The notes under the pieces: model-generated
Seen by the model: only the letters and a program-made list of their open reading frames with translations
Database searches by the model: none
Told to the model about the DNA's origin: nothing
Origin: Desulfovibrio sp.
GTDB lineage: Bacteria > Desulfobacterota > Desulfovibrionia > Desulfovibrionales > Desulfovibrionaceae
DNA: 64,000 bases
Reading direction: 5' to 3'
Assembly: GCA_017454325.1 (NCBI GenBank)
Contig: JAFTDG010000055.1
Location: 8,018-72,017, forward strand
Shown: positions 28,459 to 37,373 of the stretch, one piece after another
Layout of the letters: each line of letters starts with the position of its first letter
How positions within the stretch are numbered: position 1 is the first letter of the stretch
Translations under genes and position numbers: made by a program

Positions 28459-28710
28459 ATGAAGATCACCGGATTTACCCCCTCTGACATCTTTTCCTTT
28501 CCCATGTTTGAAAAGGACGCAGCTGTTTCTACCACAGCATCTCATGATGTGGTCAATCTTCAGTCTCTGAACATGATAGATATGGATGATACTGAAGCCA
28601 ATGCACTGCTAAATGAAACTATTGGCATAATTAGTCAGGACCACTTTGCAGCTCTCTCCGTCCACGGGGGATTAACAGAAAGCCGTGTTGCCGAACTCTT
28701 GAGCCTTTGA
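28459..28710 (+). CDS. small acidic hypothetical protein (83 aa)
   Basis: ATG follows AAAGGA. It sits behind the sigma-54-like promoter. No family recognised. Confidence 0.45.
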   Translation: MKITGFTPSDIFSFPMFEKDAAVSTTASHDVVNLQSLNMIDMDDTEANALLNETIGIISQDHFAALSVHGGLTESRVAELLSL

Positions 28711-28770
28711 CAATACCTCATCTTCCGCAGCCTATAACCTATTACTATTTCAAGACCTGCGTACTTTGTA

Positions 28771-28800
28771 AACACAAGGTATTCAGGCCTTGTTGTTTTC
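28771..28800 (+). terminator. weak rho-independent-type terminator
   Basis: ACAAGG-N8-CCTTGT stem followed by TGTTTTC, 60 nt after the 83-aa ORF. Confidence 0.3.
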
Positions 28801-28985
28801 TGCAATTTTCTATAAAATTTCTTAATAGTATATGTGGCTAGCCTGCCGTATTGACAATATGCTCTAACAGTTGCGATATGGTGCTTGCCAGAGCGGCCTC
28901 TTTCAAGTAAATTAAAACTTTATGTTGTTTCGCTGTGAACAAATCAATCCAGCAACAATGGGTCATATACTATTGAGGATGAGGC

Positions 28986-30293
28986 ATGAAGAATACCCTT
29001 CCCTATCCGACAAATCAGGCTACTGCCCCCAAACACGCCGAAGATACCTGCACTTCCAGCTTCAATCGGCATCGCTCTAAGCTTGCCTTTGACCGCCTAG
29101 TTGAAATGGGTGCTAAGATGGGGATGGAAAATCCCCTTTTTCTCTGTCATGAACGTGCTGCCAAGGCTACGACGCTCATTGGAGGCAGAGAATATCTCAA
29201 TTTTTCAACATATGATTACCTTGATATCAATGCACATCCAGAAATCACCGACGTTGTAACTAAAGCGGCAGCCTTGTATGGTACATCAGCTGGTGCCAGC
29301 CGCCTCGTCGGCGGTGAACGCCCCCCACACCGCGAACTAGAGCACGCCCTCGCAGATTTTTATGGGGTGGAAGACTGTATCGTCTACGTAAGTGGTCATG
29401 CCACCAATGTCTCTACATTGGGTTTCCTGTACGGTCCCCGTGACGCTATTTTCCACGACGGACTGGCACATAATTCACTGGTACAAGGGGCAAGGCTTTC
29501 AGGCGCTGCACGTTTTTCTTACACACATAATGATTGTGAAGCTCTTGAATTACTTCTCAAGACAAGGCGAGCAGAATATAAACGCGCAATCATAGTAACT
29601 GAAGGGCTTTTTAGTATGGATGGCAACATCCCAGATCTGCCCCGCATCATAGAACTGAAAAAAAAGTATGATTGCATGCTTCTAGTAGATGAAGCCCACT
29701 CACTGGGAGTTCTCGGCAAAACTGGTCGTGGTGCGCATGAATATTTCGATATTGATCCCACTGAAGTAGACATGTGGATGAGCACACTCTCCAAGTCTAT
29801 GTGCGGTTGCGGTGGTTTTATAGCTGGCCGGCACGATCTTATTGAATTCCTGAAATATGGTTCCCCTGGTTTTGTTTTTAGCGTAGGCATGCCGCCCATT
29901 GTAGCCGTAGCTTGCCGAAAGGCACTAGAAATACTAATACGTGAGCCTGAACGTGTGCATAAATTACAGAAAATATCACAATTTTTTGTACATTACGCCT
30001 CAGAACTCGGGTTGGATACCGGTTCTGCCCAGGGATATGCCATAGTGCCTATCATGATTGGTGATGCCATGGTTGCAGGTTTTTTGGCCAATGCACTGAT
30101 AAAACGCAATATCTATGTGATGCCAATCACATTTCCAGCCGTAAAAGAAGGCACAGATCGCCTACGTTTCTTCCTTTCTGCTTCGCATACGGAAGAGCAT
30201 ATTCGTAAAGCTCTGGATGCAGTAAAAGAAGAGCTGCCCATAGCATGGGAAAATGTGAAAAGATATATGCGTGAGCATGCCAATGAGCAGTAA
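28986..30293 (+). CDS. PLP-dependent alpha-oxoamine synthase (serine palmitoyltransferase / 8-amino-7-oxononanoate synthase family)
   Basis: YLNFSTYDYL, SRLVGGE, HNSLVQG, LLVDEAHSLG and the PLP-lysine motif STLSKS. An N-terminal extension of about 55 aa containing ENPLF resembles bacterial Spt. Confidence 0.85.
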   Translation: MKNTLPYPTNQATAPKHAEDTCTSSFNRHRSKLAFDRLVEMGAKMGMENPLFLCHERAAKATTLIGGREYLNFSTYDYLDINAHPEITDVVTKAAALYGTSAGASRLVGGERPPHRELEHALADFYGVEDCIVYVSGHATNVSTLGFLYGPRDAIFHDGLAHNSLVQGARLSGAARFSYTHNDCEALELLLKTRRAEYKRAIIVTEGLFSMDGNIPDLPRIIELKKKYDCMLLVDEAHSLGVLGKTGRGAHEYFDIDPTEVDMWMSTLSKSMCGCGGFIAGRHDLIEFLKYGSPGFVFSVGMPPIVAVACRKALEILIREPERVHKLQKISQFFVHYASELGLDTGSAQGYAIVPIMIGDAMVAGFLANALIKRNIYVMPITFPAVKEGTDRLRFFLSASHTEEHIRKALDAVKEELPIAWENVKRYMREHANEQ

Positions 30294-31581
30294 CGAGGCG
30301 CCAGCAGTTGCCTATGTACTGCTCTGGTTTCCACTTTCTTCAGAAACATTTATTTTCCGCGAAGTTGTGCAGCTTATGGCTGCGGGTCTGCCCATACGCG
30401 TCTACTCAATGTATGGAGAGCGCGTCGTTGGATGCAGCAAGGAAATGCGAGCATACCCTGGCTATGTGCAACGCATGGGTGTGAAAGCCATAGGACAAAT
30501 TTTCTGTGCGTTTTTCAAATTCCTGCGTAGTGCGCCGCGTAAAGTTATATGGCTTCTACGCCGGGGTTTTTTCCATCGCATGCGCAATCTTGAATCGCTG
30601 GGAGAAAATCTCTGGTGCTTTATGGCCGGTTTTTTACTGGCAGAATTGTGTATCCGCGACGGCATAAAGCTCATCCACGCCCCGTGGGCAAACGGACCGA
30701 CTACAGCAGCATGGGTTGCTTCACATTTAACAAACATTCCTTATGCTTTCACTGGACGGGCTGGCGACATATATCCTGAAGACGGGTTACTTCACGAAAA
30801 ATCAACAGATGCACTATTCATCCGCACCAATAACCACGCCAATGTTGACTGGCTGCGTCGTTTTTGCCCTGCTGGCCAAGAGACGAAAATTCATACCGTT
30901 TATAATAGCCTGACCTTCAATCCAAGTGGCTCATGTGCTATTGCTATGCGCCCCCCTTACCGTCTGTTGGCCGTAGGACGCTTTGCCCGCACCAAGGGTT
31001 TTCCTGATCTCTTAACGGCCATAGCCCGCCTTGTTCGGGAAAATGTGCCCGTGAGCCTCACACTTGTCGGGGATGGCCGCTGGCGTCGCAAACTTACCAA
31101 GATGCGTGACCGTTTAGGCCTCAAGGATATTGTTAACATGCCTGGATTCATTCCGCACGACCAGATATGTAATTATATGCTCGACCATGACATGCTTATA
31201 ATGCCAAGCGTAGTGCATGCAAATGGAGACAGGGATGGCATCCCCAATGTAATCATGGAAGCGCTCTCGCATGGCATGCCCGTTATTGCTACTGACGTAT
31301 GCGGTATTGCTGAAGTAATCCATAATGAAGAGACAGGCCTGCTAGTACCACAGCGTAACCCTCGTACTCTGGCTGATGCCATCCGCAAAATGCTTGCCAA
31401 TAGGGAGCAAGCACTGCATATGGCTGAAACGGGGAGAAAACTGGTAGCAGAAATGTTTGATAGTAAGCGTAATATTGCAAAACTGTTGCAACTATACACT
31501 AATGAATGTGCACGCTGCTGGCATGCTGAACCACAAAAAGCCGCCAGAACAGACGGAGCTGCAGCTGAAGGCCATGCATGA
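30271..31581 (+). CDS. GT4-family (group 1) glycosyltransferase, WcaL-like
   Basis: N-terminal VAYVLLWFPLSSETFIFREV. C-terminal GT-B motif DGIPNVIMEALSHGMPVIATDVCGIAEVI..EETG. It overlaps the preceding gene. Confidence 0.85.
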   Translation: MSMPMSSNEAPAVAYVLLWFPLSSETFIFREVVQLMAAGLPIRVYSMYGERVVGCSKEMRAYPGYVQRMGVKAIGQIFCAFFKFLRSAPRKVIWLLRRGFFHRMRNLESLGENLWCFMAGFLLAELCIRDGIKLIHAPWANGPTTAAWVASHLTNIPYAFTGRAGDIYPEDGLLHEKSTDALFIRTNNHANVDWLRRFCPAGQETKIHTVYNSLTFNPSGSCAIAMRPPYRLLAVGRFARTKGFPDLLTAIARLVRENVPVSLTLVGDGRWRRKLTKMRDRLGLKDIVNMPGFIPHDQICNYMLDHDMLIMPSVVHANGDRDGIPNVIMEALSHGMPVIATDVCGIAEVIHNEETGLLVPQRNPRTLADAIRKMLANREQALHMAETGRKLVAEMFDSKRNIAKLLQLYTNECARCWHAEPQKAARTDGAAAEGHA

Positions 31582-32591
31582 ATCACCGCCGGGTAGTATA
31601 TCTCGTCGTAAGTCTTGATGTCGAAGAAGAAGGACTTTTTGGAGGAAACTACGCCCGTCGCAACTATACAACGACCAATACGGTTGCGCTTGAACATCTT
31701 GTGCCACTGTGTCGCATTGGGGTTCGGCCCACACTATTCTGTGCATACAGTGTGCTGACGGATTCCTCCTCGCGTGACAGGCTTGCCCGCTTGTGTGAAG
31801 ATCATGGGGTAGAGCTTGGAGCACACTTGCATCATTGGAACACGCCCCCATTATCCCTGCATGGAAACGATTCTTCCCTACCAGACATAACAACAGAGGT
31901 TCCTGCTGCAGGAGTACACCCTACCCTTTTGGCTGAAAAGCTGTTTACCCTTATGAAAGCAGGGCAAAGCATACAGGGCACGCAGATGACTTCCTTCCGT
32001 ATGGGACGCTGGGATGCCCAACATTCCTTATGGCCATTATTGGCACAGGCCGGAATATTGGTAGATGCCTCTGTCCGTCCCTTGCACAGTGGCAGCACAG
32101 CTTCGGCCGGTCCTGACCACTTTGATGCCCCCAATACACCTTACTGGATCCCGACACCAAAAGGTAATCTCTTTGAAGTACCGCTGACTGTAACGCCATT
32201 GTTTCAGAAATTGCCCGCCCTTTTACGCCGTATCCCTGCTAAAGCAGGGATACAAATACGTGCCAGTTTACGACACTGGGGTGTAATGGCACTACTACCT
32301 GTGTATCACCCTCTATGGGCCATGAAATTTGTTACGTCACTGTATCTAGCGCGCGGTGGTCAAGTGCTTTCACTCACTTGGCATTCTTCCGAAATGATGC
32401 CTGGCTGCACACCGCATCTACCCGACAATGACGCAGTACAGTGCCTTCTGCGTAAGATTGACGACTGGCTTGAATGGTTACATACACACTACACGATACG
32501 TTGTCTGACCATGAGTGAGCTGATGAAAGAACTTGGGCCTACGTCACCAACATTTCAAGGCATTGGTGACTGGACCAGCATAAACATCTAG
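31578..32591 (+). CDS. polysaccharide deacetylase-like (WalW/CE4-like) protein
   Basis: LVVSLDVEEEGLF and GAHLHHWNTPP resemble the Asp and His metal-binding motifs of deacetylase-fold proteins. ATGA overlap with the upstream GT stop. Confidence 0.5.
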   Translation: MNHRRVVYLVVSLDVEEEGLFGGNYARRNYTTTNTVALEHLVPLCRIGVRPTLFCAYSVLTDSSSRDRLARLCEDHGVELGAHLHHWNTPPLSLHGNDSSLPDITTEVPAAGVHPTLLAEKLFTLMKAGQSIQGTQMTSFRMGRWDAQHSLWPLLAQAGILVDASVRPLHSGSTASAGPDHFDAPNTPYWIPTPKGNLFEVPLTVTPLFQKLPALLRRIPAKAGIQIRASLRHWGVMALLPVYHPLWAMKFVTSLYLARGGQVLSLTWHSSEMMPGCTPHLPDNDAVQCLLRKIDDWLEWLHTHYTIRCLTMSELMKELGPTSPTFQGIGDWTSINI

Positions 32592-32717
32592 CATAACTTT
32601 AGGACCAACCATAATATGGTGACAGCTCAACATCCAGACATGTTTTTCTTTTAAGCAGAAGATATGCCATCCAAACAATATAGCTAGGTATTATCAGTTT
32701 TGTCACGGAGTCTTGCC

Positions 32718-34043
32718 ATGTTGAAAACAACATTTTCGGGCAAACATCCCATCTTTTCGTCTGGATTACCCCATGTTGCCTATGTCCTTCTATGGTATCC
32801 CCTGTTCACACAACCCTTTATATTTCGCGAAGTTGAAGGCCTCAAGAATTTGCTGCCCCTTTCCGTATACAGTTTGTATGGATATAATCTGCGTCACTGT
32901 TCCACTGAAATGCGTGCGGCAGCAAATGAAACCCACACCTTCGGTATACGAACGCTGATACCTGTATTGGCAGAGTGCTTTCACTTTCTCGCGTTGCAAC
33001 CATTACGTTTCATGCGACTGCTGAAACATACACTTTTTTATCACTGGCACAGTTGGGAAATGTTGGGAGAAAACCTCTGGGCCTTCTTCATTGGCCTATA
33101 CCTAGGCCGTCTTTTTCAAGAAGCTGGCATTGACATGATATATGCGCCATGGCCCCGAGGTACGGCTACTGCAGCATGGGTAGCATCGCAAATTTCTGGT
33201 ATCCCCTTTGCCACAGCAGCACGTGGTGATAATTTAGAACCGGCAGATCCGGACCTTGGTGCCAAACTGACAGCTGCCAGTTTTATACGAGCCAATAATG
33301 CAGCAGACAAGCAGCGTATTGAGCAGTTCGACAAAGGTCAGGCCAAGGGGAAGGTGGAACTCATTTATAACAGCCTGACTTTACCTCCAGACACATTCAG
33401 AGAACCATCGCAACCAATACCGCAGCTCATGCCGCGTCCAGTGCAAATTCTAGCACTGGGCCGATTTGATGTTACCAAAGGTTTTGACATACTCATTCAG
33501 GCATGTGCAATCCTGCGTAACAAGGGGCTTGACTTCAGACTCACTTTGGCTGGCGGAGGAGGTACCGTTATGGGACTGGGACGCATGGAGGCACAAATTC
33601 TGAAACTCCGCAGAGAGTTACAGCTAGAGAATCTTGTGCATTTGCCAGGACTTGTCTCCCATAACGAGCTCCCCAACATGTTGCATGCGCACGATATCTT
33701 TGCCGCTCCCTGTATTGTTCACTCTTCAGGGCGTCGCGACGGCATTCCCAATACTGTCATTGAAGCCCTAGCATACGGCCTACCTGTGGTGAGTACCACG
33801 GTCAATGCTCTTCCTGAGGTTGTACGCAATAATGAAACCGGATTAGCTGTGCCTCCGGGGGATCCATCAGCTCTCGCTGATGCCCTTTTACGTCTAGCTG
33901 ACGACGCCCCCTTGGCAGCTCGACTGGCCCGCAACGGAAAAGACTTGGCACTAAAAATGTTTGATCCTGATCGTAACAACCAGCAGTTAGCAGATATATT
34001 CATAAGGTATTACACACAGCAGGAGAGTACATGTGCGGCATAG
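32718..34043 (+). CDS. GT4-family (group 1) glycosyltransferase, paralogue of 30271-31581
   Basis: VAYVLLWYPLFTQPFIFREV at the N-terminus. DGIPNTVIEALAYGLPVVSTTVNALPEVV.NNETG at the C-terminus. ATG 32718 follows GGAG (the track start at 32700 is a TTG). Confidence 0.85.
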   Translation: MLKTTFSGKHPIFSSGLPHVAYVLLWYPLFTQPFIFREVEGLKNLLPLSVYSLYGYNLRHCSTEMRAAANETHTFGIRTLIPVLAECFHFLALQPLRFMRLLKHTLFYHWHSWEMLGENLWAFFIGLYLGRLFQEAGIDMIYAPWPRGTATAAWVASQISGIPFATAARGDNLEPADPDLGAKLTAASFIRANNAADKQRIEQFDKGQAKGKVELIYNSLTLPPDTFREPSQPIPQLMPRPVQILALGRFDVTKGFDILIQACAILRNKGLDFRLTLAGGGGTVMGLGRMEAQILKLRRELQLENLVHLPGLVSHNELPNMLHAHDIFAAPCIVHSSGRRDGIPNTVIEALAYGLPVVSTTVNALPEVVRNNETGLAVPPGDPSALADALLRLADDAPLAARLARNGKDLALKMFDPDRNNQQLADIFIRYYTQQESTCAA

Positions 34044-35947
34044 CAGGCATTTGCCGTCTAGACAACACCCCCCTTACACCTAGTTCCACCCGCTGGGTGA
34101 TAGCTATGACAGACCGTATGGTCCACCGTGGACCAGATGGGCAAGGGGTCTGGACACATGGTCCTGTAAGCCTTGGTCATCGGCGACTTTCCATCATTGA
34201 CTTATCGGGCGGTAGTCAGCCAATGCATAGTCATGATGGACGATTAACCGTCGTATTTAACGGTGAAATCTATAATTTCCCTGAACTCAGGAAAGAACTC
34301 ATTGCCGCAGGTCACCGTTTTAGAACACAGTCAGATACAGAAGTTCTTCTTGAGAGCTATCGTCACTGGGGAACGGATTGTCTATCCCACTTTGACGGAA
34401 TGTTTGCCTTCGCCCTTTGGGACGCTACACACCATCGACTATTTTGTGCACGTGATCGTTTTGGAAAAAAACCTTTTTTTTATACAGTACAACACGGTCA
34501 GCTGTATTTCGCCTCGGAGCTTTCGGCACTGGAACAAGTTAAGGAGCTTCAGTTTACGATAAACCCTCAATCCGTCACTCGCTACCTTGCCTATGAATAT
34601 GTACCCGCCCCGCAAACCATGTATGCAGAAGTGTGCAACCTGCAACCCTCGCATCTTCTCCTGCTGGAACACGGGGATATACATATTCGTCGATACTGGG
34701 ATATGCCCATTCCAGACGAGCAAGATACACGAGATATAACTACACTATGCGAAGAGCTGCGCCACTTAATGACACGTGCAGTGCAAATGCGCATGATCAG
34801 TGACGTCCCGCTTGGTGTTTTTCTTTCAGGAGGTATTGATTCCACCATCATAGCCGGCCTCATGGCCACCCAGTCATCAGCCCCAATCAAGACATTTTCC
34901 ATTGGTTTTACCGAATCCGCATATGACGAATCTCGCTACGCACGTACCGCTGCCAAGACTTTTAGTACAGACCACCATGAACATGTACTCTCAGCAAAAG
35001 ACTGCGCGGATATCCTTCCCGGCATTATCAACGGTATGGATGTACCCATGGCCGACGCTTCAGTAGCGCCCACATGGTTACTTTCCAGTGTCACACGCGA
35101 GAAAGTCACCGTCGCTTTGGGCGGCGACGGTGCGGACGAACTTTGGGCAGGGTACGAACACTACATCGGTTTCAAGATTGCAGAATGGTATAATAAGCTG
35201 CCAAACAGCTTGCGCCGCCATATCATTGAACCTCTTGCGCAAATACTTCCTTCTTCTGCGGGCTATATCAATCCCCGCCTTGCCGTACAGACATTTTTAC
35301 AGGCAGCTCATGCGCCAGCTTGGCAGCGTGTGCAAAGCATGCTCACAGCTTTGACTTTAGATATGCAAAGAGAGGTCCTTTCCGCATCCTTTGTGTCACA
35401 GATTCCTGATTTTTTCTCTCCAGAAATACTCTTTGCTCCAACGCATACACAATACAAGCACTGGTTGCCCCGTGAAGCCGCTTCTCCTCTAGCGCGAGCT
35501 TTTCATGTCTATGTACGTCAGTTTTTACCAGAAGATATCCTTGTCAAGGTCGATCGGTGCTCTATGTTGCACAGCTTGGAAGTCCGCGCACCGTTTTTGG
35601 ACCGGGACGTGGCGATATTTGTTGCGCGCCTGCCAGTGCGCTACAAGTTGCACGGATTCAAGCGTAAATGGTTACTTAAGAAGGCATTTGCCGATCTGTT
35701 GCCAAATGAAATTTTGCATCGTAACAAACGTGGCTTCCAAATCCCCGTAGCACAATGGCTCCGAGGTCGTATGCGTCCACTTATGGAAGACATGCTTAAT
35801 GTTGACACGTTACGAAAACAAGGAATTTTTAACCCTCAGGCTGTACGAAAACTAATGGATCTACACATTTCTGGCCTGACAGACCTACGTAAGCCTCTAT
35901 GGACATTACTGGTTTTTCAACTTTGGTGGCAAGCTCACAAAGCTTGA
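34031..35947 (+). CDS. glutamine-hydrolysing asparagine synthase-family amidotransferase (AsnB-like)
   Basis: MCGIAG Ntn nucleophile, RGPD, and the SGGIDS PP-loop. It overlaps the upstream GT by 13 nt. Confidence 0.9.
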   Translation: MCGIAGICRLDNTPLTPSSTRWVIAMTDRMVHRGPDGQGVWTHGPVSLGHRRLSIIDLSGGSQPMHSHDGRLTVVFNGEIYNFPELRKELIAAGHRFRTQSDTEVLLESYRHWGTDCLSHFDGMFAFALWDATHHRLFCARDRFGKKPFFYTVQHGQLYFASELSALEQVKELQFTINPQSVTRYLAYEYVPAPQTMYAEVCNLQPSHLLLLEHGDIHIRRYWDMPIPDEQDTRDITTLCEELRHLMTRAVQMRMISDVPLGVFLSGGIDSTIIAGLMATQSSAPIKTFSIGFTESAYDESRYARTAAKTFSTDHHEHVLSAKDCADILPGIINGMDVPMADASVAPTWLLSSVTREKVTVALGGDGADELWAGYEHYIGFKIAEWYNKLPNSLRRHIIEPLAQILPSSAGYINPRLAVQTFLQAAHAPAWQRVQSMLTALTLDMQREVLSASFVSQIPDFFSPEILFAPTHTQYKHWLPREAASPLARAFHVYVRQFLPEDILVKVDRCSMLHSLEVRAPFLDRDVAIFVARLPVRYKLHGFKRKWLLKKAFADLLPNEILHRNKRGFQIPVAQWLRGRMRPLMEDMLNVDTLRKQGIFNPQAVRKLMDLHISGLTDLRKPLWTLLVFQLWWQAHKA

Positions 35948-36055
35948 GCTCATACACATTAAGTTAGTTCTAAAAGAACTCCCTTGCCAGCTCTGGAAAA
36001 ATGCGTATATCTGGCATAAACACATCATGCACCACTCTCTTTCTTGGGAGCACAT

Positions 36056-36925
36056 ATGACAAGCCAGTTAAAAACAGTTCTCCTTCTTGCCCTGTTATCC
36101 GGCATCATCATTATTTTGGGCGGCATGCTGGGCGGACAATCCGGTGTAATCTTTGCTTTCGGCCTTGCCCTACTGATGAATCTGGGCAGCTACTGGTATT
36201 CTGACAAAATCGTACTCTCTATGTACCATGCACGAGAACTTGCACCTGAAGAAGCCCCCCAACTCCACCAGATTGTAGCAGAGCTTGCCCGTAATGCAGG
36301 CATCCCCAAACCGAGAGTCTGCGTGGTGCCTGAAGAAACTCCTAATGCTTTTGCCACCGGACGAAATCCAGAAAACGCAGTTGTTGCCGTAACTGAGGGG
36401 ATCTTACGTCTGCTTTCCTTTGAAGAACTTCGCGGAGTATTGGCACACGAAATGGGACACATTGCCAACCGCGATATTCTTATCCAGACTATTGCTGGTG
36501 TTATGGCCTCCGCGATAGTCACTTTGGCAAATATTTTTCAGTTTACTGCTATTTTTGGGGGACACCGTGATGGCGAAGGCGGTAGCGGCAACCCTTTTGC
36601 CGCACTAATACTAGCCTTATTGGCTCCCATGGCAGCAGGGATTATTCAGATGGCCATCTCGCGTTCAAGAGAATTCTTGGCTGATGAAACCGGTGCACAA
36701 ATTAGTGGACAGCCGCTCGCTTTGGCCAGCGCCTTGCACAAACTGGCAGTACAAAGCGGTCAAATTCCCATGCATTCAGGTAATCCCAGTACGGAACAGA
36801 TGTTTATAGTCACCCCCATGTATGCAATGGGCGGAATGGCAAGTCTTTTCAGTACACATCCACCCATTGAAGAGCGTATCCGCCGTCTTCAATACATGGC
36901 GACCCGTTTTCATCAAGGACATTGA
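36056..36925 (+). CDS. htpX: membrane zinc metalloprotease HtpX
   Basis: HEMGH, NAFATG and EFLADE motifs. ATG 36056 lies 5 nt after GGGAG. Confidence 0.9.
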   Translation: MTSQLKTVLLLALLSGIIIILGGMLGGQSGVIFAFGLALLMNLGSYWYSDKIVLSMYHARELAPEEAPQLHQIVAELARNAGIPKPRVCVVPEETPNAFATGRNPENAVVAVTEGILRLLSFEELRGVLAHEMGHIANRDILIQTIAGVMASAIVTLANIFQFTAIFGGHRDGEGGSGNPFAALILALLAPMAAGIIQMAISRSREFLADETGAQISGQPLALASALHKLAVQSGQIPMHSGNPSTEQMFIVTPMYAMGGMASLFSTHPPIEERIRRLQYMATRFHQGH

Positions 36926-36935
36926 GGCGAATAGC

Positions 36936-37334
36936 ATGATAATATTGCGAATTTTTTCCTCCTTAATGGCCCTAGTATTTCTTAATGCCTGTGCTACTCA
37001 AAGTAAAGATACAGAGCTCCTTCCTACTCCTGAAGAGTGCCCTTTTATTTATGTAGCTGCACCAGGCAATTATATTATTGACATTGCCAGCGGAGCTGAA
37101 GTTATTCTTGATCCCGCTGTACAGGATTTCGAATTGTTTTGCGATGCCGATGTGGCCCGTAAAGCCGTAAACAGAGGGATACATAGTGGAGATCTACCAG
37201 AAGGAGATTGGCGTATTTATCGTCTTGATGGTCAAATGGAAGATTTAGGACAATGTATAGGCGACGGAAGATTCATGCTCAGCCGCATGGGACAAATTGT
37301 AGACTGGGTAACCGACCAGCCTTCCGTAGAATAA
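36936..37334 (+). CDS. putative lipoprotein (132 aa)
   Basis: Signal peptide with lipobox LVFLNAC at the N-terminus. ATG 36936. Confidence 0.55.
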   Translation: MIILRIFSSLMALVFLNACATQSKDTELLPTPEECPFIYVAAPGNYIIDIASGAEVILDPAVQDFELFCDADVARKAVNRGIHSGDLPEGDWRIYRLDGQMEDLGQCIGDGRFMLSRMGQIVDWVTDQPSVE

Positions 37335-37373
37335 CCCTGATATCTTCCCACTTTCCAGTGACGGCGAAGTGTG

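Noticed and set aside
28851-28879. TTGACA-N17-CGATAT, as the sigma-70 promoter of the AOS operon.
   Set aside because: The -35 is perfect but the -10 is poor (3/6). This is too weak to list as a feature without TSS data.
28986-30293. Considered the AOS as ordinary biotin-pathway BioF, or as a CqsA/LqsA-type autoinducer synthase.
   Set aside because: No bioA, bioB or bioD genes and no CqsS/LqsS-type sensor kinase are nearby. The gene overlaps a glycosyltransferase gene. BioF identity cannot be formally excluded without phylogeny, so the call is kept at family level.
34031-35947. Considered the AsnB homologue as a lasso-peptide cyclase (RiPP locus), with the 83-aa ORF at 28459 as precursor.
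   Set aside because: The protein keeps the intact N-terminal Cys nucleophile (MCGIAG) of glutamine-dependent amidotransferases. No transglutaminase-like protease, PqqD-like protein or ABC exporter is adjacent. The context is glycosyltransferases.
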